A stretch of DNA of 36,684 nt from an uncultured Streptococcus sp. (lineage in GTDB: Bacteria > Bacillota > Bacilli > Lactobacillales > Streptococcaceae): contig CAJPRB010000001.1 of assembly GCA_905372925.1 (NCBI GenBank), positions 1 through 36,684 of the forward strand. Direction: 5' to 3'. Below, one piece after another: positions 20,305 to 29,756 of the stretch. The notes beneath the pieces are model-generated. The model was not told the origin of the DNA and did no database searches. It was given only the letters and a program-made list of their open reading frames with translations. The first letter of the stretch is position 1, and every line of letters begins with the position of its first letter. Position numbers and translations under genes: made by a program.

Positions 20305-20757
20305 CTATAATGTTTTTTCTTGTTCTCTCACGACGAGCAAATCAACTTTTGCGTGGCGGAGGATGTATTCAGATGAAGAGCCAACCAAGAGGCGTTCAAA
20401 GGCGTTAAGACCTGTTGCACCGACGAGAATCAAGTCAACATTTTCTGCGTCTGGAATGGTACGGGCAAGGAGGGTTTTCGGATTTCCCATTTCGATGACG
20501 GTATGAATATCGGTCACACCAGCATCTCTTGCACGTTTTTCGTACTCTTTCATCAAACTTTCAGCGTCAACTTGGAGTTCTTCGTAAACTTCAGCATCAA
20601 AGGTAGACACGCTTTGAAGAGCGCGTGTGTCAATAACATGGGCAATGGTGAGCTTGGAATCATTGCGTAGAGCAGTGTAAACACCTTTAACAAAAGCCAA
20701 GTCTGCCTCTTTAGAACCATCAATTGCAACCATAACATTTTGGTAACGTTGTGCCAT
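20305..20757 (-). CDS. Universal stress protein (UspA family)
   Basis: VMVAIDGS, DLILVGATG, RLLVGSSSEYILRHA. Confidence 0.93.
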   Translation of the reverse strand: MAQRYQNVMVAIDGSKEADLAFVKGVYTALRNDSKLTIAHVIDTRALQSVSTFDAEVYEELQVDAESLMKEYEKRARDAGVTDIHTVIEMGNPKTLLARTIPDAENVDLILVGATGLNAFERLLVGSSSEYILRHAKVDLLVVREQEKTL

Positions 20758-20789
20758 AATGAAACCTCCTGAAATTTTCTTACTGTTAT

Positions 20790-20803
20790 TGTAACCCTTT
20801 TCA
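20790..20803 (-). promoter_or_regulatory. cre-like site overlapping the usp -10
   Basis: Minus strand TGAAAAGGGTTACA overlapping TACAAT; the central CG is imperfect. Confidence 0.4.
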
Positions 20804-20923
20804 CTAAAGAAGTAAAGTAAAAATCATATTTAAATAAATATTATCGGAGATTCGATTTGGTGGAGATATGTTAAAATAAAAGAAAACGGGATATTAGGAA
20901 ACATAGTGAGGGGATGAGAAAGT

Positions 20924-21223
20924 ATGAAAGACTCTGTTCAAGCTTCTAAAAAAATAAGTTTTCTTTATCATGGAATTATCCTTGCGTCACTTGTAGGAGA
21001 AGTAGTGATGCTTTGGCAGCTGGAAAGAGTCGTGCCCGTTCTCTATCCAGGTTTTATTGGATTTCTTCTCTTTCACTTAGTCTACCACATCATTTTATTT
21101 GTGATTGCAAAGAGAAGTGGTCGCTTGGACTATTTGGTCACGTGGGGGCTCTTTCTCATGTTTAATCTTTTGTATGATTCCTTTTTAGCATTAGTCTTCC
21201 TAGGTTTGTCTTTTGGTATGTGA
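20924..21223 (+). CDS. Small hypothetical membrane protein (about 3 hydrophobic segments)
   Basis: 99-aa ORF filling the intergenic space; TGtTAAAAT upstream; no recognised family. Confidence 0.65.
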   Translation: MKDSVQASKKISFLYHGIILASLVGEVVMLWQLERVVPVLYPGFIGFLLFHLVYHIILFVIAKRSGRLDYLVTWGLFLMFNLLYDSFLALVFLGLSFGM

Positions 21224-21307
21224 GAAAATACTTCTGCATTCTAGTTATTTAGACGGTGAGAACCTAGTCGTTGTGAGTTTTTTCTTTACTTGCTCATTTC
21301 AGGAAAC

Positions 21308-21336
21308 TTGTCGCAATCCCTTTCTAGTGGTATAAT
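21308..21336 (+). promoter_or_regulatory. Sigma-A promoter of the aminotransferase gene
   Basis: TTGTCG-N17-TATAAT with a TG extension. Confidence 0.65.
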
Positions 21337-21366
21337 GTTACTATCTCGATGAATTGAGGAAACAAG

Positions 21367-22581
21367 ATGAAAGAATATAACAAGTCTAGTAAGTTAGAGC
21401 ATGTTGCCTATGATATCCGTGGTCCTGTTTTGGAAGAAGCTATGCGGATGCGAGCAAACGGAGAAAAGATTTTACGTCTGAATACAGGGAATCCAGCAGA
21501 ATTTGGCTTTACAGCGCCAGATGAGGTCATTCATGACTTGATTATGAATGCGCGTGATAGTGAGGGATATTCTGACTCCAAAGGGATTTTCTCAGCCCGT
21601 AAAGCCATCATGCAGTATTGCCAACTGAAGAACTTCCCCAATGTAGACATTGATGATATTTACCTTGGAAATGGTGTCAGTGAGCTGATTGTTATGTCCA
21701 TGCAAGGGCTTTTGGATAATGGCGATGAGGTCTTGGTGCCTATGCCAGACTATCCTCTCTGGACAGCCGCGGTCAGCCTAGCTGGGGGAAATGCCGTTCA
21801 CTATATCTGTGATGAAACTGCAGAGTGGTACCCAGATATTGACGATATTAAGTCAAAAATTACTTCCAATACTAAGGCAATCGTCCTTATCAATCCAAAT
21901 AACCCAACTGGAGCCCTTTATCCTAAGGAACTCTTGTTGGAGATTATTGAGATTGCCCGTCAAAATGACTTGATTATCTTTGCGGACGAAATCTATGATC
22001 GCATGGTAATGGATGGGCATGTACACACGCCTGTGGCAAGCTTGGCACCAGATGTCTTCTGTGTCAGCATGAATGGTCTTTCAAAATCGCATCGTATCGC
22101 TGGTTTTCGTGTAGGCTGGATGGTCTTGTCTGGTCCCAAGCACCATGTCAAGGGTTATATTGAAGGTCTTAATATGCTGTCCAATATGCGTCTTTGCTCT
22201 AACGTTTTGGCCCAGCAAGTCGTACAAACATCACTAGGTGGGCACCAGTCAGTGGACGAATTACTCCTTCCAGGTGGACGGATCTACGAACAAAGAAACT
22301 TTATCTATAATGCCATTCAAGATATTCCAGGTTTGTCTGCGGTCAAGCCAAAGGCAGGTCTTTATATCTTTCCTAAAATCGATCGCAGTATGTACCGCAT
22401 CGATGATGATGAACAGTTCGTTCTTGATTTCTTGAAACAAGAAAAGGTTCTCTTGGTTCATGGTCGTGGTTTTAACTGGAAGGAACCAGACCATTTCCGT
22501 ATCGTTTACCTCCCTCGTGTGGACGAATTAGCACAAATCCAAGAAAAGATGACTCGTTTCTTAAAACAGTATCGTAGATAA
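21367..22581 (+). CDS. alaA: PLP-dependent class I/II aminotransferase (AlaA/AlaT type)
   Basis: YDIRGPV, GNGVSELI, INPNNPTG, ADEIYD, NGLSKSHRIAGFRVGW (PLP-binding Lys). Confidence 0.88.
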   Translation: MKEYNKSSKLEHVAYDIRGPVLEEAMRMRANGEKILRLNTGNPAEFGFTAPDEVIHDLIMNARDSEGYSDSKGIFSARKAIMQYCQLKNFPNVDIDDIYLGNGVSELIVMSMQGLLDNGDEVLVPMPDYPLWTAAVSLAGGNAVHYICDETAEWYPDIDDIKSKITSNTKAIVLINPNNPTGALYPKELLLEIIEIARQNDLIIFADEIYDRMVMDGHVHTPVASLAPDVFCVSMNGLSKSHRIAGFRVGWMVLSGPKHHVKGYIEGLNMLSNMRLCSNVLAQQVVQTSLGGHQSVDELLLPGGRIYEQRNFIYNAIQDIPGLSAVKPKAGLYIFPKIDRSMYRIDDDEQFVLDFLKQEKVLLVHGRGFNWKEPDHFRIVYLPRVDELAQIQEKMTRFLKQYRR

Positions 22582-22623
22582 GGGCTTTCATAGGAAAAGC
22601 TAGAAAACATTTGCCTGGAGCTA

Positions 22624-22652
22624 TTGACAAAAGTGGCAGAATCAGATAGAAT
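22624..22652 (+). promoter_or_regulatory. Sigma-A promoter of rpmH
   Basis: TTGACA-N17-TAGAAT. Confidence 0.8.
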
Positions 22653-22726
22653 AGTAAAGTATGTTTAGTAACTGATCACTTTATAGCCGGCTAAACGAAT
22701 ACAAAATCTATGAGGAGGTATTCATC

Positions 22727-22861
22727 GTGAAACGTACTTATCAACCAAGTAAACTTCGTCGTGCGCGCAAACACGGATTCCGTAACCGTATGTCAACTAA
22801 AAACGGTCGTCGCGTATTGGCAGCTCGTCGTCGTAAAGGACGCAAAGTTTTGGCTGCATAA
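22727..22861 (+). CDS. rpmH: 50S ribosomal protein L34 (not in the ORF track)
   Basis: Manual translation from GTG gives [53 protein letters not shown]. Confidence 0.98.
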
Positions 22862-22880
22862 TCCAAACGAATTCAACACA

Positions 22881-22920
22881 GAAGTCAGTAGGAACTCGAG
22901 TCTACTGGCTTTTCTTTTTT
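22881..22920 (+). terminator. Rho-independent terminator of rpmH
   Basis: AAGTCAGTAG...CTACTGGCTT followed by a long T-tract. Confidence 0.8.
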
Positions 22921-23004
22921 CCTATAATATCAGTCTGTAAATGCTTTATATTTTTTCTGAAATAATGTATAATGTTTCATATACTATAAAAATGGAGAAC
23001 AGTT

Positions 23005-24966
23005 ATGAAGAAATCAAAAGCCCTCCTACTAGGGGCTGGAATTTTAAGTGCAAGCTTCTTGATGGCGGCTTGTAGTTCGACACAATCAAATACAGATAAA
23101 ACCTACTCGTATGTATTTGCCAGCAATCCAGATACATTAGACTATATCACTTCGACACGTGGCTCGACTTCTAGCATTACGACAAACTTGATTGATGGTT
23201 TGTTGGAAAATGATAAGTACGGCAACCTCGTCCCTTCTATGGCGGAGTCATGGAAGGTATCAAAGGATGGCTTGACCTATACCTACAAAATCCGCCAAGG
23301 GGCTAAGTGGTATACCTCTGAAGGAGAAGAATACGCTGAAGTGACAGCTCATGACTTTGTGACAGGTCTTAAGTATGCAGCGGATAAAAAGGCTGAGAAC
23401 TTGTACTTGGTACGGGATTCAATCAAAGGTTTGGCAGATTATGTCGAAGGGAAAACATCTGACTTTGAGACGGTTGGAGTCAAGGCAGTGGACGACTATA
23501 CTCTCCAATACACCTTGAACAAGCCGGAGTCTTATTGGAATTCAAAGACAACAGGGGGAATTTTGAGCCCTGTCAATGAAGCCTTTTTGAAATCTAAGGG
23601 AGATGATTTTGGAAGTGTTACCCCATCTAGTATCCTGTCAAATGGGCCATACTTGTTTAAGTCTTTCACATCAAAATCTTTAATTGAGTTTGAAAAGAAC
23701 CCTAATTACTGGGATAAGGACAATGTGAAAATTGAGAAGGTTAAACTTTCCTTCTATGATGGTTCAGACCAAGATAGTTTAGCTAGAGGATTCTTAGAAG
23801 GCAACTACACAGACGGACGTATTTTCCCGACAAGCTCTGTGTTTGACCAGTTGAAAAAAGGGAATGAGGATAAAATTACTTATACCCCTCAAAATGCTGT
23901 GACTTTCTACTATCTCTTCAATGTCAACCGTCAAAGTTACAATCAAACCATGAAACAGACGGATAAAGAAAAGACGGATTCGCGTCTAGCTATGCAAAAT
24001 AAGGACTTCCGTCAGGCAATTAACTTTGCCTTTGACCGTCATGCCTATGCCGCACAGACAAATGGAGAAGATGGAGCTGATCGTATCCTTCGAAACATGG
24101 TCACACCAAGCAATTTTGTTCAGATCGGTGGGAAAAACTTTGGAGATGCTGTCAATGAAAAGATGGTCAACTATGGTACAGAGTGGGCTAATGTCAATCT
24201 AAACGACGCTCAGCCTGCCTTCTTGAATGCTGATAAAGCCAAGGCAGAATTTGCCAAAGCCAAAGAAAGTTTGCAGGCAGAAGGTGTGACCTTCCCAATC
24301 CATCTAGACATGCCGGTGGACCAGACTGCTAAGTTGGACGTACAGCAAGCCAGTTCTTTCAAACAGACGGTTGAGGAGACACTTGGATCAGACAATATTG
24401 TTATCGATGTGATTCAACTTTCTCCAGACGAGAAAGACAATGCAACCTTCTTTGCTGACACAGCTGAACAAAAGGACTATGACATCGACATCTCAGGCTG
24501 GAGCGGAGATTACTCTGATCCTAAGACCTATCTTGACCTCTTGGATCCAGACTCTGGTTCTCAGTTAAAAAATCTTGGCTTGACTCCAGGAAAAGACAAT
24601 GGTGTTAAGGAAAAAATCGGTCTCTCTACCTACAAGAAGTTGTTGGATGAGGCAGATAAAGAAGTTGAAAACACTCAGGTTCGCTATGAGAAATTTGCCG
24701 AAGTTCAAGCTTGGCTAACAGATAGTGCTCTCTTTCTGCCAGTTCAAAGTGGAGGAGCTAATCCAATCTTCCGTAAGACTGTACCGTTCACAGGAGCCTT
24801 CTCATTTGTCGGACACAAAGGGGATGCGGACAACTACAAATACCTTGAGTTGCAAAAAGATCCCGTGACTGCGAAACAGTACCAAGAGCTTTATGAAAAA
24901 TGGCAAAAAGAAAAAGTTGAGTCCAACAAAAAAGCCCAAGAAGATTTAGCTAACCACATTCAATAA
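23005..24966 (+). CDS. Oligopeptide ABC transporter substrate-binding lipoprotein (AmiA/AliA/AliB family)
   Basis: Lipobox LMAAC; NLIDGLLENDKYGNLVPSMAESWKVSKDGLTYTYKIR; NKDFRQAINFAFDR; C-terminal ESNKKAQEDLANH; exact paralog not assignable. Confidence 0.93.
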   Translation: MKKSKALLLGAGILSASFLMAACSSTQSNTDKTYSYVFASNPDTLDYITSTRGSTSSITTNLIDGLLENDKYGNLVPSMAESWKVSKDGLTYTYKIRQGAKWYTSEGEEYAEVTAHDFVTGLKYAADKKAENLYLVRDSIKGLADYVEGKTSDFETVGVKAVDDYTLQYTLNKPESYWNSKTTGGILSPVNEAFLKSKGDDFGSVTPSSILSNGPYLFKSFTSKSLIEFEKNPNYWDKDNVKIEKVKLSFYDGSDQDSLARGFLEGNYTDGRIFPTSSVFDQLKKGNEDKITYTPQNAVTFYYLFNVNRQSYNQTMKQTDKEKTDSRLAMQNKDFRQAINFAFDRHAYAAQTNGEDGADRILRNMVTPSNFVQIGGKNFGDAVNEKMVNYGTEWANVNLNDAQPAFLNADKAKAEFAKAKESLQAEGVTFPIHLDMPVDQTAKLDVQQASSFKQTVEETLGSDNIVIDVIQLSPDEKDNATFFADTAEQKDYDIDISGWSGDYSDPKTYLDLLDPDSGSQLKNLGLTPGKDNGVKEKIGLSTYKKLLDEADKEVENTQVRYEKFAEVQAWLTDSALFLPVQSGGANPIFRKTVPFTGAFSFVGHKGDADNYKYLELQKDPVTAKQYQELYEKWQKEKVESNKKAQEDLANHIQ

Positions 24967-25010
24967 TATTCCTAGTCATGCTTTTTAGTTAAGCATAGTG
25001 GCTGGATTCA

Positions 25011-25056
25011 GAAAAAGGCCTCACCAGACGTTTTTTGGTTCTGGTAGGGCCTTTTC
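25011..25056. terminator. Bidirectional terminator-like hairpin
   Basis: GAAAAAGGCCTCACCAGA...TCTGGTAGGGCCTTTTC between convergent genes. Confidence 0.75.
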
Positions 25057-25057
25057 T

Positions 25058-26902
25058 TTATTCTTTTAAGTGATAAGAGTAGCTGGCGACAACGACGTCT
25101 TCATGCCATCTGAGAGCGTATTTTAGTTTGAGGCTCATCTGATTGTGCAGGATATTTTGCCAAGGCTTGTTAGGGATAAACTGTGGGACAAGGACTGTAA
25201 CGGTGTAGTTTTTTTGCTTAGCTTCTTGGGCAATTCGTTTGACATACTTAACACTAGGGGTGATGATGTCGCGGTAACTGGTATTGATATTCTTCAGAGT
25301 GATATTTGGGAAGTAGTCGGCAAATTCCTGAAGAATTTCTTGGTCTTTTTCTGCCGTTTCTTTAGTAGAAATGTGCATGGCTAACACTTCATCACCGATA
25401 CTTTGAGCGTAGTTAATGGCTCCGACACTGACTCTGGTAACATTTCCTACTAGGACAAGGACAAGGTTGCCGTCATAAGTGCGCTTTTCAATTCCTTCGT
25501 AGAGTCGTAGTTGTTTAGCCACCTTTTGGTAATGGTTGTGGATGGACAAAAAGAGGAAGGTTAAGACTAGAATAATTGGGAAGAATGGCCAGATATCACC
25601 CAGTCTGAAGAGGAGTAAAATGAGGACAATGGCATAACAAATGATGGCCCCAAGGATATTAGCGAAGGCAGATTTTAAGAAGTTTGCTCCTTTTTCCTTT
25701 TTCCAATGGCGAATCATCCCAGTCTGAGAAAGGGCAAAGGGAACGAAGACCCCGATAGTATAAAGAGGAATCAAACGTTCGGTATTACCATTAAAAATGA
25801 GAAGAAGAATCATAGCCCCAAAAGCCAGAGTTAAGATACCGTTGGAGTAGCCAAGGCGATCCCCTTTTTCCATAAAGAGATGAGGCATGTACTTGTTTTT
25901 GGCCATATTGTAGGACAGCATAGGGAAGGCTGAAAAGCCAGTATTTGCAGCTACGGCTAGAATCAAGGCTGTTGAGAACTGGAAGAGATAGTAGCTAGCA
26001 TGACCAAAGAATGAATCACCAAGAATGCCCTTGGCCATTTGCGAGAGGATTGTTTCTCCGTGTTGAGGCGTGATGCCCATCCAGTAGTTTAGGAAGGTAA
26101 TGCCTGCAAAAAGAAATCCTAAAATGAGCGACATGATGGTCAAGGTTTGAGCAGCATTCTTTTCTTTCGGAGTTTTAAAAAATGGTACCGCATTTGAAAT
26201 AGCTTCAACCCCTGTCAGAGAGGCAGAGCCACTGGTAAAGGCTCTCAATAGGAGAACGATGGAAAGGCTCGGAACAGTTTGTCCAATGGTTGAAGTTGCC
26301 TGATAGTTTAGGGAACCTGTAAATAGTTGAAAGAACCCATAAAGCAAGAGAAAGACGGTACTGAGGATAAAGAGGTAGACGGGAATCATCAGTGAACTGG
26401 CAGATTCTTTCAAGCCTCTTAGATTCAAGAGCATGAGCAGGCAGACTAGGAAAATAGAGATATGAAGATTATAGGGATGGAGGGCAGGGATGGCTGCTGT
26501 AATAGCATCAGCTCCAGACGCAACGGATACGGCTACTGTCAGCATATAGTCAACAAGGAGGCTGCCTCCTGCAATTAAGCCTAGTTCAGGTGAGAGATTT
26601 TCTCGAGTGACCATATAAGCCCCTCCACCTTGAGGATAGGCGTGGATGATTTGACGATAGGAAATGGTCAAGCTAGCGAGGAGTAAGAGGACAAAGATAC
26701 CGATAGGGAGGCTCCACCAAATAGCGAGAGGAGAGAGACTGACTAAAACGAGAATGACTTGTTCAGGTCCATAGGCAATAGAAGACAGGGCATCACTGGA
26801 TAACATTGCAAGTGCCTGCATTTTTCCAAGTAATCCCCCTTCGCCGTCTGTGAGAGACTTGAGTGGTCGACCGATAAAGGTATATTTTAATTTTCTAAAC
26901 AT
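25058..26902 (-). CDS. APC-superfamily transporter, KimA/YdaO-like K+ importer
   Basis: IGRPLK, LAMLSSDALSSIAYG, YPQGGGAY, LLVDYMLTVAVSV, LTGVEAISNA, LIPLYTIGVF, C-terminal LHNQ soluble domain; ATG 26902 follows AAAGGA. Confidence 0.8.
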   Translation of the reverse strand: MFRKLKYTFIGRPLKSLTDGEGGLLGKMQALAMLSSDALSSIAYGPEQVILVLVSLSPLAIWWSLPIGIFVLLLLASLTISYRQIIHAYPQGGGAYMVTRENLSPELGLIAGGSLLVDYMLTVAVSVASGADAITAAIPALHPYNLHISIFLVCLLMLLNLRGLKESASSLMIPVYLFILSTVFLLLYGFFQLFTGSLNYQATSTIGQTVPSLSIVLLLRAFTSGSASLTGVEAISNAVPFFKTPKEKNAAQTLTIMSLILGFLFAGITFLNYWMGITPQHGETILSQMAKGILGDSFFGHASYYLFQFSTALILAVAANTGFSAFPMLSYNMAKNKYMPHLFMEKGDRLGYSNGILTLAFGAMILLLIFNGNTERLIPLYTIGVFVPFALSQTGMIRHWKKEKGANFLKSAFANILGAIICYAIVLILLLFRLGDIWPFFPIILVLTFLFLSIHNHYQKVAKQLRLYEGIEKRTYDGNLVLVLVGNVTRVSVGAINYAQSIGDEVLAMHISTKETAEKDQEILQEFADYFPNITLKNINTSYRDIITPSVKYVKRIAQEAKQKNYTVTVLVPQFIPNKPWQNILHNQMSLKLKYALRWHEDVVVASYSYHLKE

Positions 26903-26937
26903 TTTCTTTTCCTTTGATGAAAATTTCAATAAGTGTT

Positions 26938-26966
26938 ATTATACTGCTTTGAAAAAAGGCAGTCAA
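26938..26966 (-). promoter_or_regulatory. Sigma-A promoter of the KimA-like gene
   Basis: Minus strand TTGACT-N17-TATAAT, about 35 nt upstream of the start codon. Confidence 0.7.
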
Positions 26967-27017
26967 GGGAGAATGACTGGTTTTTGGATATTTTTCCAAG
27001 CCGAGGGATGCTATTTT

Positions 27018-27026
27018 TGGTATAAT
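27018..27026 (+). promoter_or_regulatory. Extended -10 promoter of the tatD operon
   Basis: TGgTATAAT ending 27 nt upstream of the tatD ATG. Confidence 0.6.
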
Positions 27027-27053
27027 AGATGGAAGAAAATGAGGTTAGAAGAG

Positions 27054-27827
27054 ATGATTTTTGATACGCATACACATTTAAATGTAGAGGAATTTGCAGG
27101 ACGCGAGGCAGAAGAACTCGCCCTGGCTGCTGAAATGGGTGTGACTCGGATGAATATTGTTGGTTTTGATAAGCTGACCATTGAGCGTGCCCTAGAGTTG
27201 GTGGAGAAGTATGAGCAACTCTACGCAACTATTGGCTGGCATCCGACCGAAGCAGGGACTTACACAGACGAGGTAGAAGCTTACTTGCTTGAAAAACTAA
27301 AACATCCCAAGGTTGTTGCCTTGGGTGAGATTGGTCTGGACTACCACTGGATGACAGCACCTAAGGAAGTGCAGGAGCAGGTTTTTTGTCGTCAGATTCA
27401 GCTATCTAAGAATTTGAACTTGCCTTTTGTGGTCCACACTCGTGATGCGCTAGAAGATACTTATGAGATTATCAGGAGCGAGGGCGTTGGTCCTCGTGGT
27501 GGGATTATGCATTCATTTTCAGGCTCTCTCGAGTGGGCTGAGAAGTTTGTCGAGCTTGGTATGACCATTTCTTTCTCAGGAGTGGTGACTTTTAAGAAAG
27601 CAACGGATATCCAAGAAGCTGCTAGAGAGCTTCCTTTGGATAAGATTTTGGTAGAGACGGATGCCCCCTACCTGGCTCCTGTTCCTAAACGTGGCCGTGA
27701 AAATAAAACAGCCTACACACGCTATGTGGTGAACTTTATTGCCGACTTGCGTGGGATGACGACCGAGGAATTAGCAGCAGCAACGACTGCAAATGCAGAG
27801 CGTATCTTTGGATTGGACAGCAAGTGA
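27054..27827 (+). CDS. tatD: TatD family deoxyribonuclease
   Basis: IFDTHTH, GWHP, GEIGLDY, HTRDA, HSFSG, ETDAPYLAP; start trimmed to MIFDTH. Confidence 0.93.
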   Translation: MIFDTHTHLNVEEFAGREAEELALAAEMGVTRMNIVGFDKLTIERALELVEKYEQLYATIGWHPTEAGTYTDEVEAYLLEKLKHPKVVALGEIGLDYHWMTAPKEVQEQVFCRQIQLSKNLNLPFVVHTRDALEDTYEIIRSEGVGPRGGIMHSFSGSLEWAEKFVELGMTISFSGVVTFKKATDIQEAARELPLDKILVETDAPYLAPVPKRGRENKTAYTRYVVNFIADLRGMTTEELAAATTANAERIFGLDSK

Positions 27828-28402
27828 TGAAAGAAAAAATTTCCCAAGTTATCGTGGTTGAAGGGCGTGATGACACGGCCAATCTCAAACGTTACTTTGA
27901 TGTAGAGACCTATGAAACACGAGGTTCCGCAATAAATGACCAGGATATAGAACGCATTCAGCGTCTGCATGAATTGCATGGAGTGATTGTCTTTACCGAT
28001 CCAGATTTTAATGGGGAGCGGATTCGTCGCATGATTATGACGGCTATTCCAACAGTCCAGCATGCCTTTCTCAAGCGAGATGAAGCAGTTCCCAAGTCCA
28101 AGACCAAGGGACGGTCTCTGGGGATTGAACATGCTAGTTATGAAGATATGAAAACAGCGCTCGCTCAGGTGACAGAGCAATTTGAAAACGAGAATGAGTT
28201 TGACATCAGTCGTGGTGACTTGATTCGCCTAGGTTTCTTAGCGGGAGCAGACAGTCGTAGGCGCAGAGAGTATCTAGGCGAACAGCTCCGCATCGGCTAT
28301 TCCAACGGCAAGCAACTCCTCAAGCGCTTAGAGTTGTTTGGAGTAACCTTGGCAGAAGTAGAAGAGGCTATGGAAAGTTATGAGAAAGACTCTAAAGTGT
28401 AG
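27827..28402 (+). CDS. rnmV: Ribonuclease M5 (TOPRIM)
   Basis: VIVVEGRDD, FTDPDFNGERIR, SLGIEHAS; TGATG stop/start overlap with tatD. Confidence 0.93.
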   Translation: MKEKISQVIVVEGRDDTANLKRYFDVETYETRGSAINDQDIERIQRLHELHGVIVFTDPDFNGERIRRMIMTAIPTVQHAFLKRDEAVPKSKTKGRSLGIEHASYEDMKTALAQVTEQFENENEFDISRGDLIRLGFLAGADSRRRREYLGEQLRIGYSNGKQLLKRLELFGVTLAEVEEAMESYEKDSKV

Positions 28403-28451
28403 AGAATTATGTTAAAATGAAGGTAGTGTATTTAAGTTAATAGGAGGCTGT

Positions 28452-29756
28452 ATGAAAAATAAGGATGGTAAATTATTGTTGAGTTTTGCTGCAGTCGGAG
28501 TTGTGATTGTTGGTATTATTTTATATATGAATAATCTTTTTGAGGGTAAGAATTTAATTCTTAATGGTTTATCCCAAGGAGAAGTATTAGCGGGCATAGT
28601 TATTGCGTTGCCGACATTAGTTACTTGGAATCAAGCTATTGAACAAAGTAAAGAAAATAAGAAAAATACTGTGTCTGATAATGTTAGAGACACTGTGAAG
28701 TATTATGATAAGCAACTTACAGAACTTGTTGCAGATATTAGTAACACCAAAGAGTTACCCTTTTATAAGGCGGGAAAAATTGAATATATCATTGATACGT
28801 ATAATAAATTATTAAAGGAATGGAATGAGATATTAAAATTAGATATTTCTCTTGACTTTGTTCAAGTATTGTCTACAATTTGTTCAATAAAATATCCAAA
28901 AGGAATAGAGAATCCTGGGAATGAGTTGGCGGAGAACTGGAAATATAATTTGAGCACAGCACTGAAACCAGTTATGAGAGAAATAATATCTTTGAAAAAG
29001 GAAGAAATATTTGGTTCCAAGGAAGTTAAATATTTCAGTTATGTTGAATTTGGTGTTACTGGATATGAGATTGAAAAAGTAAAATTTAAAGATAAGAGCT
29101 TTGTAGAGTGTACTTTTTCTGCTGATTTTATTGATTTAAATTCATTTGAAAAATGTGAATTCATCAACTGTAGTATCAGTAATGGTCAATTATCTATAGA
29201 AAATGAGAAAAAATTGTTAAATAACACGATTATAGGCACATTCAGAGATTCGAATGAGGATGATTTTGCTAATGTCAATAATGAGCAATTTCATTCTACA
29301 TCTGTTTCAGAATATGGAACTGTGTTTGATACCCGAGAAGGAATTATAGCTGATAACTATATTTTAGGCAACAAGTTTTTTGAAATAGAGTCTAAGTCAG
29401 AAACTAGGAAAGAAATCTATCAGGATATTATTAATGGATTAGTGTCGTACGGCATAGGTGTTGATGATAAAATAAATAATAAAAAAATAAGTATCAGTAA
29501 AAATTATATAACGGAGAAAAATAAATCCGAATTTATTGCTGGAAGTTTATTCTCTGGCTGGAACAGTCTATTTTTAGAGAAAATACAAAAGTCTAATAAT
29601 TTCAAATATTATATATTTTGTATTAAGAATGAAAATGTTTATAATACAATAGTTTTTGAAAAGGATAATTTTAATAGATTCTTGAAGAAAAAGAATGTAG
29701 ATAAGACAGGAAAGTATAATTTTTATTTTAATGGTTTTAAGAGTAATGAGGAATAA
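28452..29756 (+). CDS. AT-rich hypothetical membrane-anchored protein, probably horizontally acquired
   Basis: 434-aa ORF with SD TAGGAGG and TGtTAAAAT at 28410-28418; two N-terminal hydrophobic segments; strongly AT-rich relative to flanks. Confidence 0.8.
   Translation: MKNKDGKLLLSFAAVGVVIVGIILYMNNLFEGKNLILNGLSQGEVLAGIVIALPTLVTWNQAIEQSKENKKNTVSDNVRDTVKYYDKQLTELVADISNTKELPFYKAGKIEYIIDTYNKLLKEWNEILKLDISLDFVQVLSTICSIKYPKGIENPGNELAENWKYNLSTALKPVMREIISLKKEEIFGSKEVKYFSYVEFGVTGYEIEKVKFKDKSFVECTFSADFIDLNSFEKCEFINCSISNGQLSIENEKKLLNNTIIGTFRDSNEDDFANVNNEQFHSTSVSEYGTVFDTREGIIADNYILGNKFFEIESKSETRKEIYQDIINGLVSYGIGVDDKINNKKISISKNYITEKNKSEFIAGSLFSGWNSLFLEKIQKSNNFKYYIFCIKNENVYNTIVFEKDNFNRFLKKKNVDKTGKYNFYFNGFKSNEE

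Noticed and set aside
26850..27053. Long N-terminal extensions in the ORF track (tatD here; also rpe from 31117, rsgA from 30600, rmuC from 32772, yhaM from 33997)
   Set aside because: They overlap neighbouring genes or promoters, and family homology begins at downstream ATGs.
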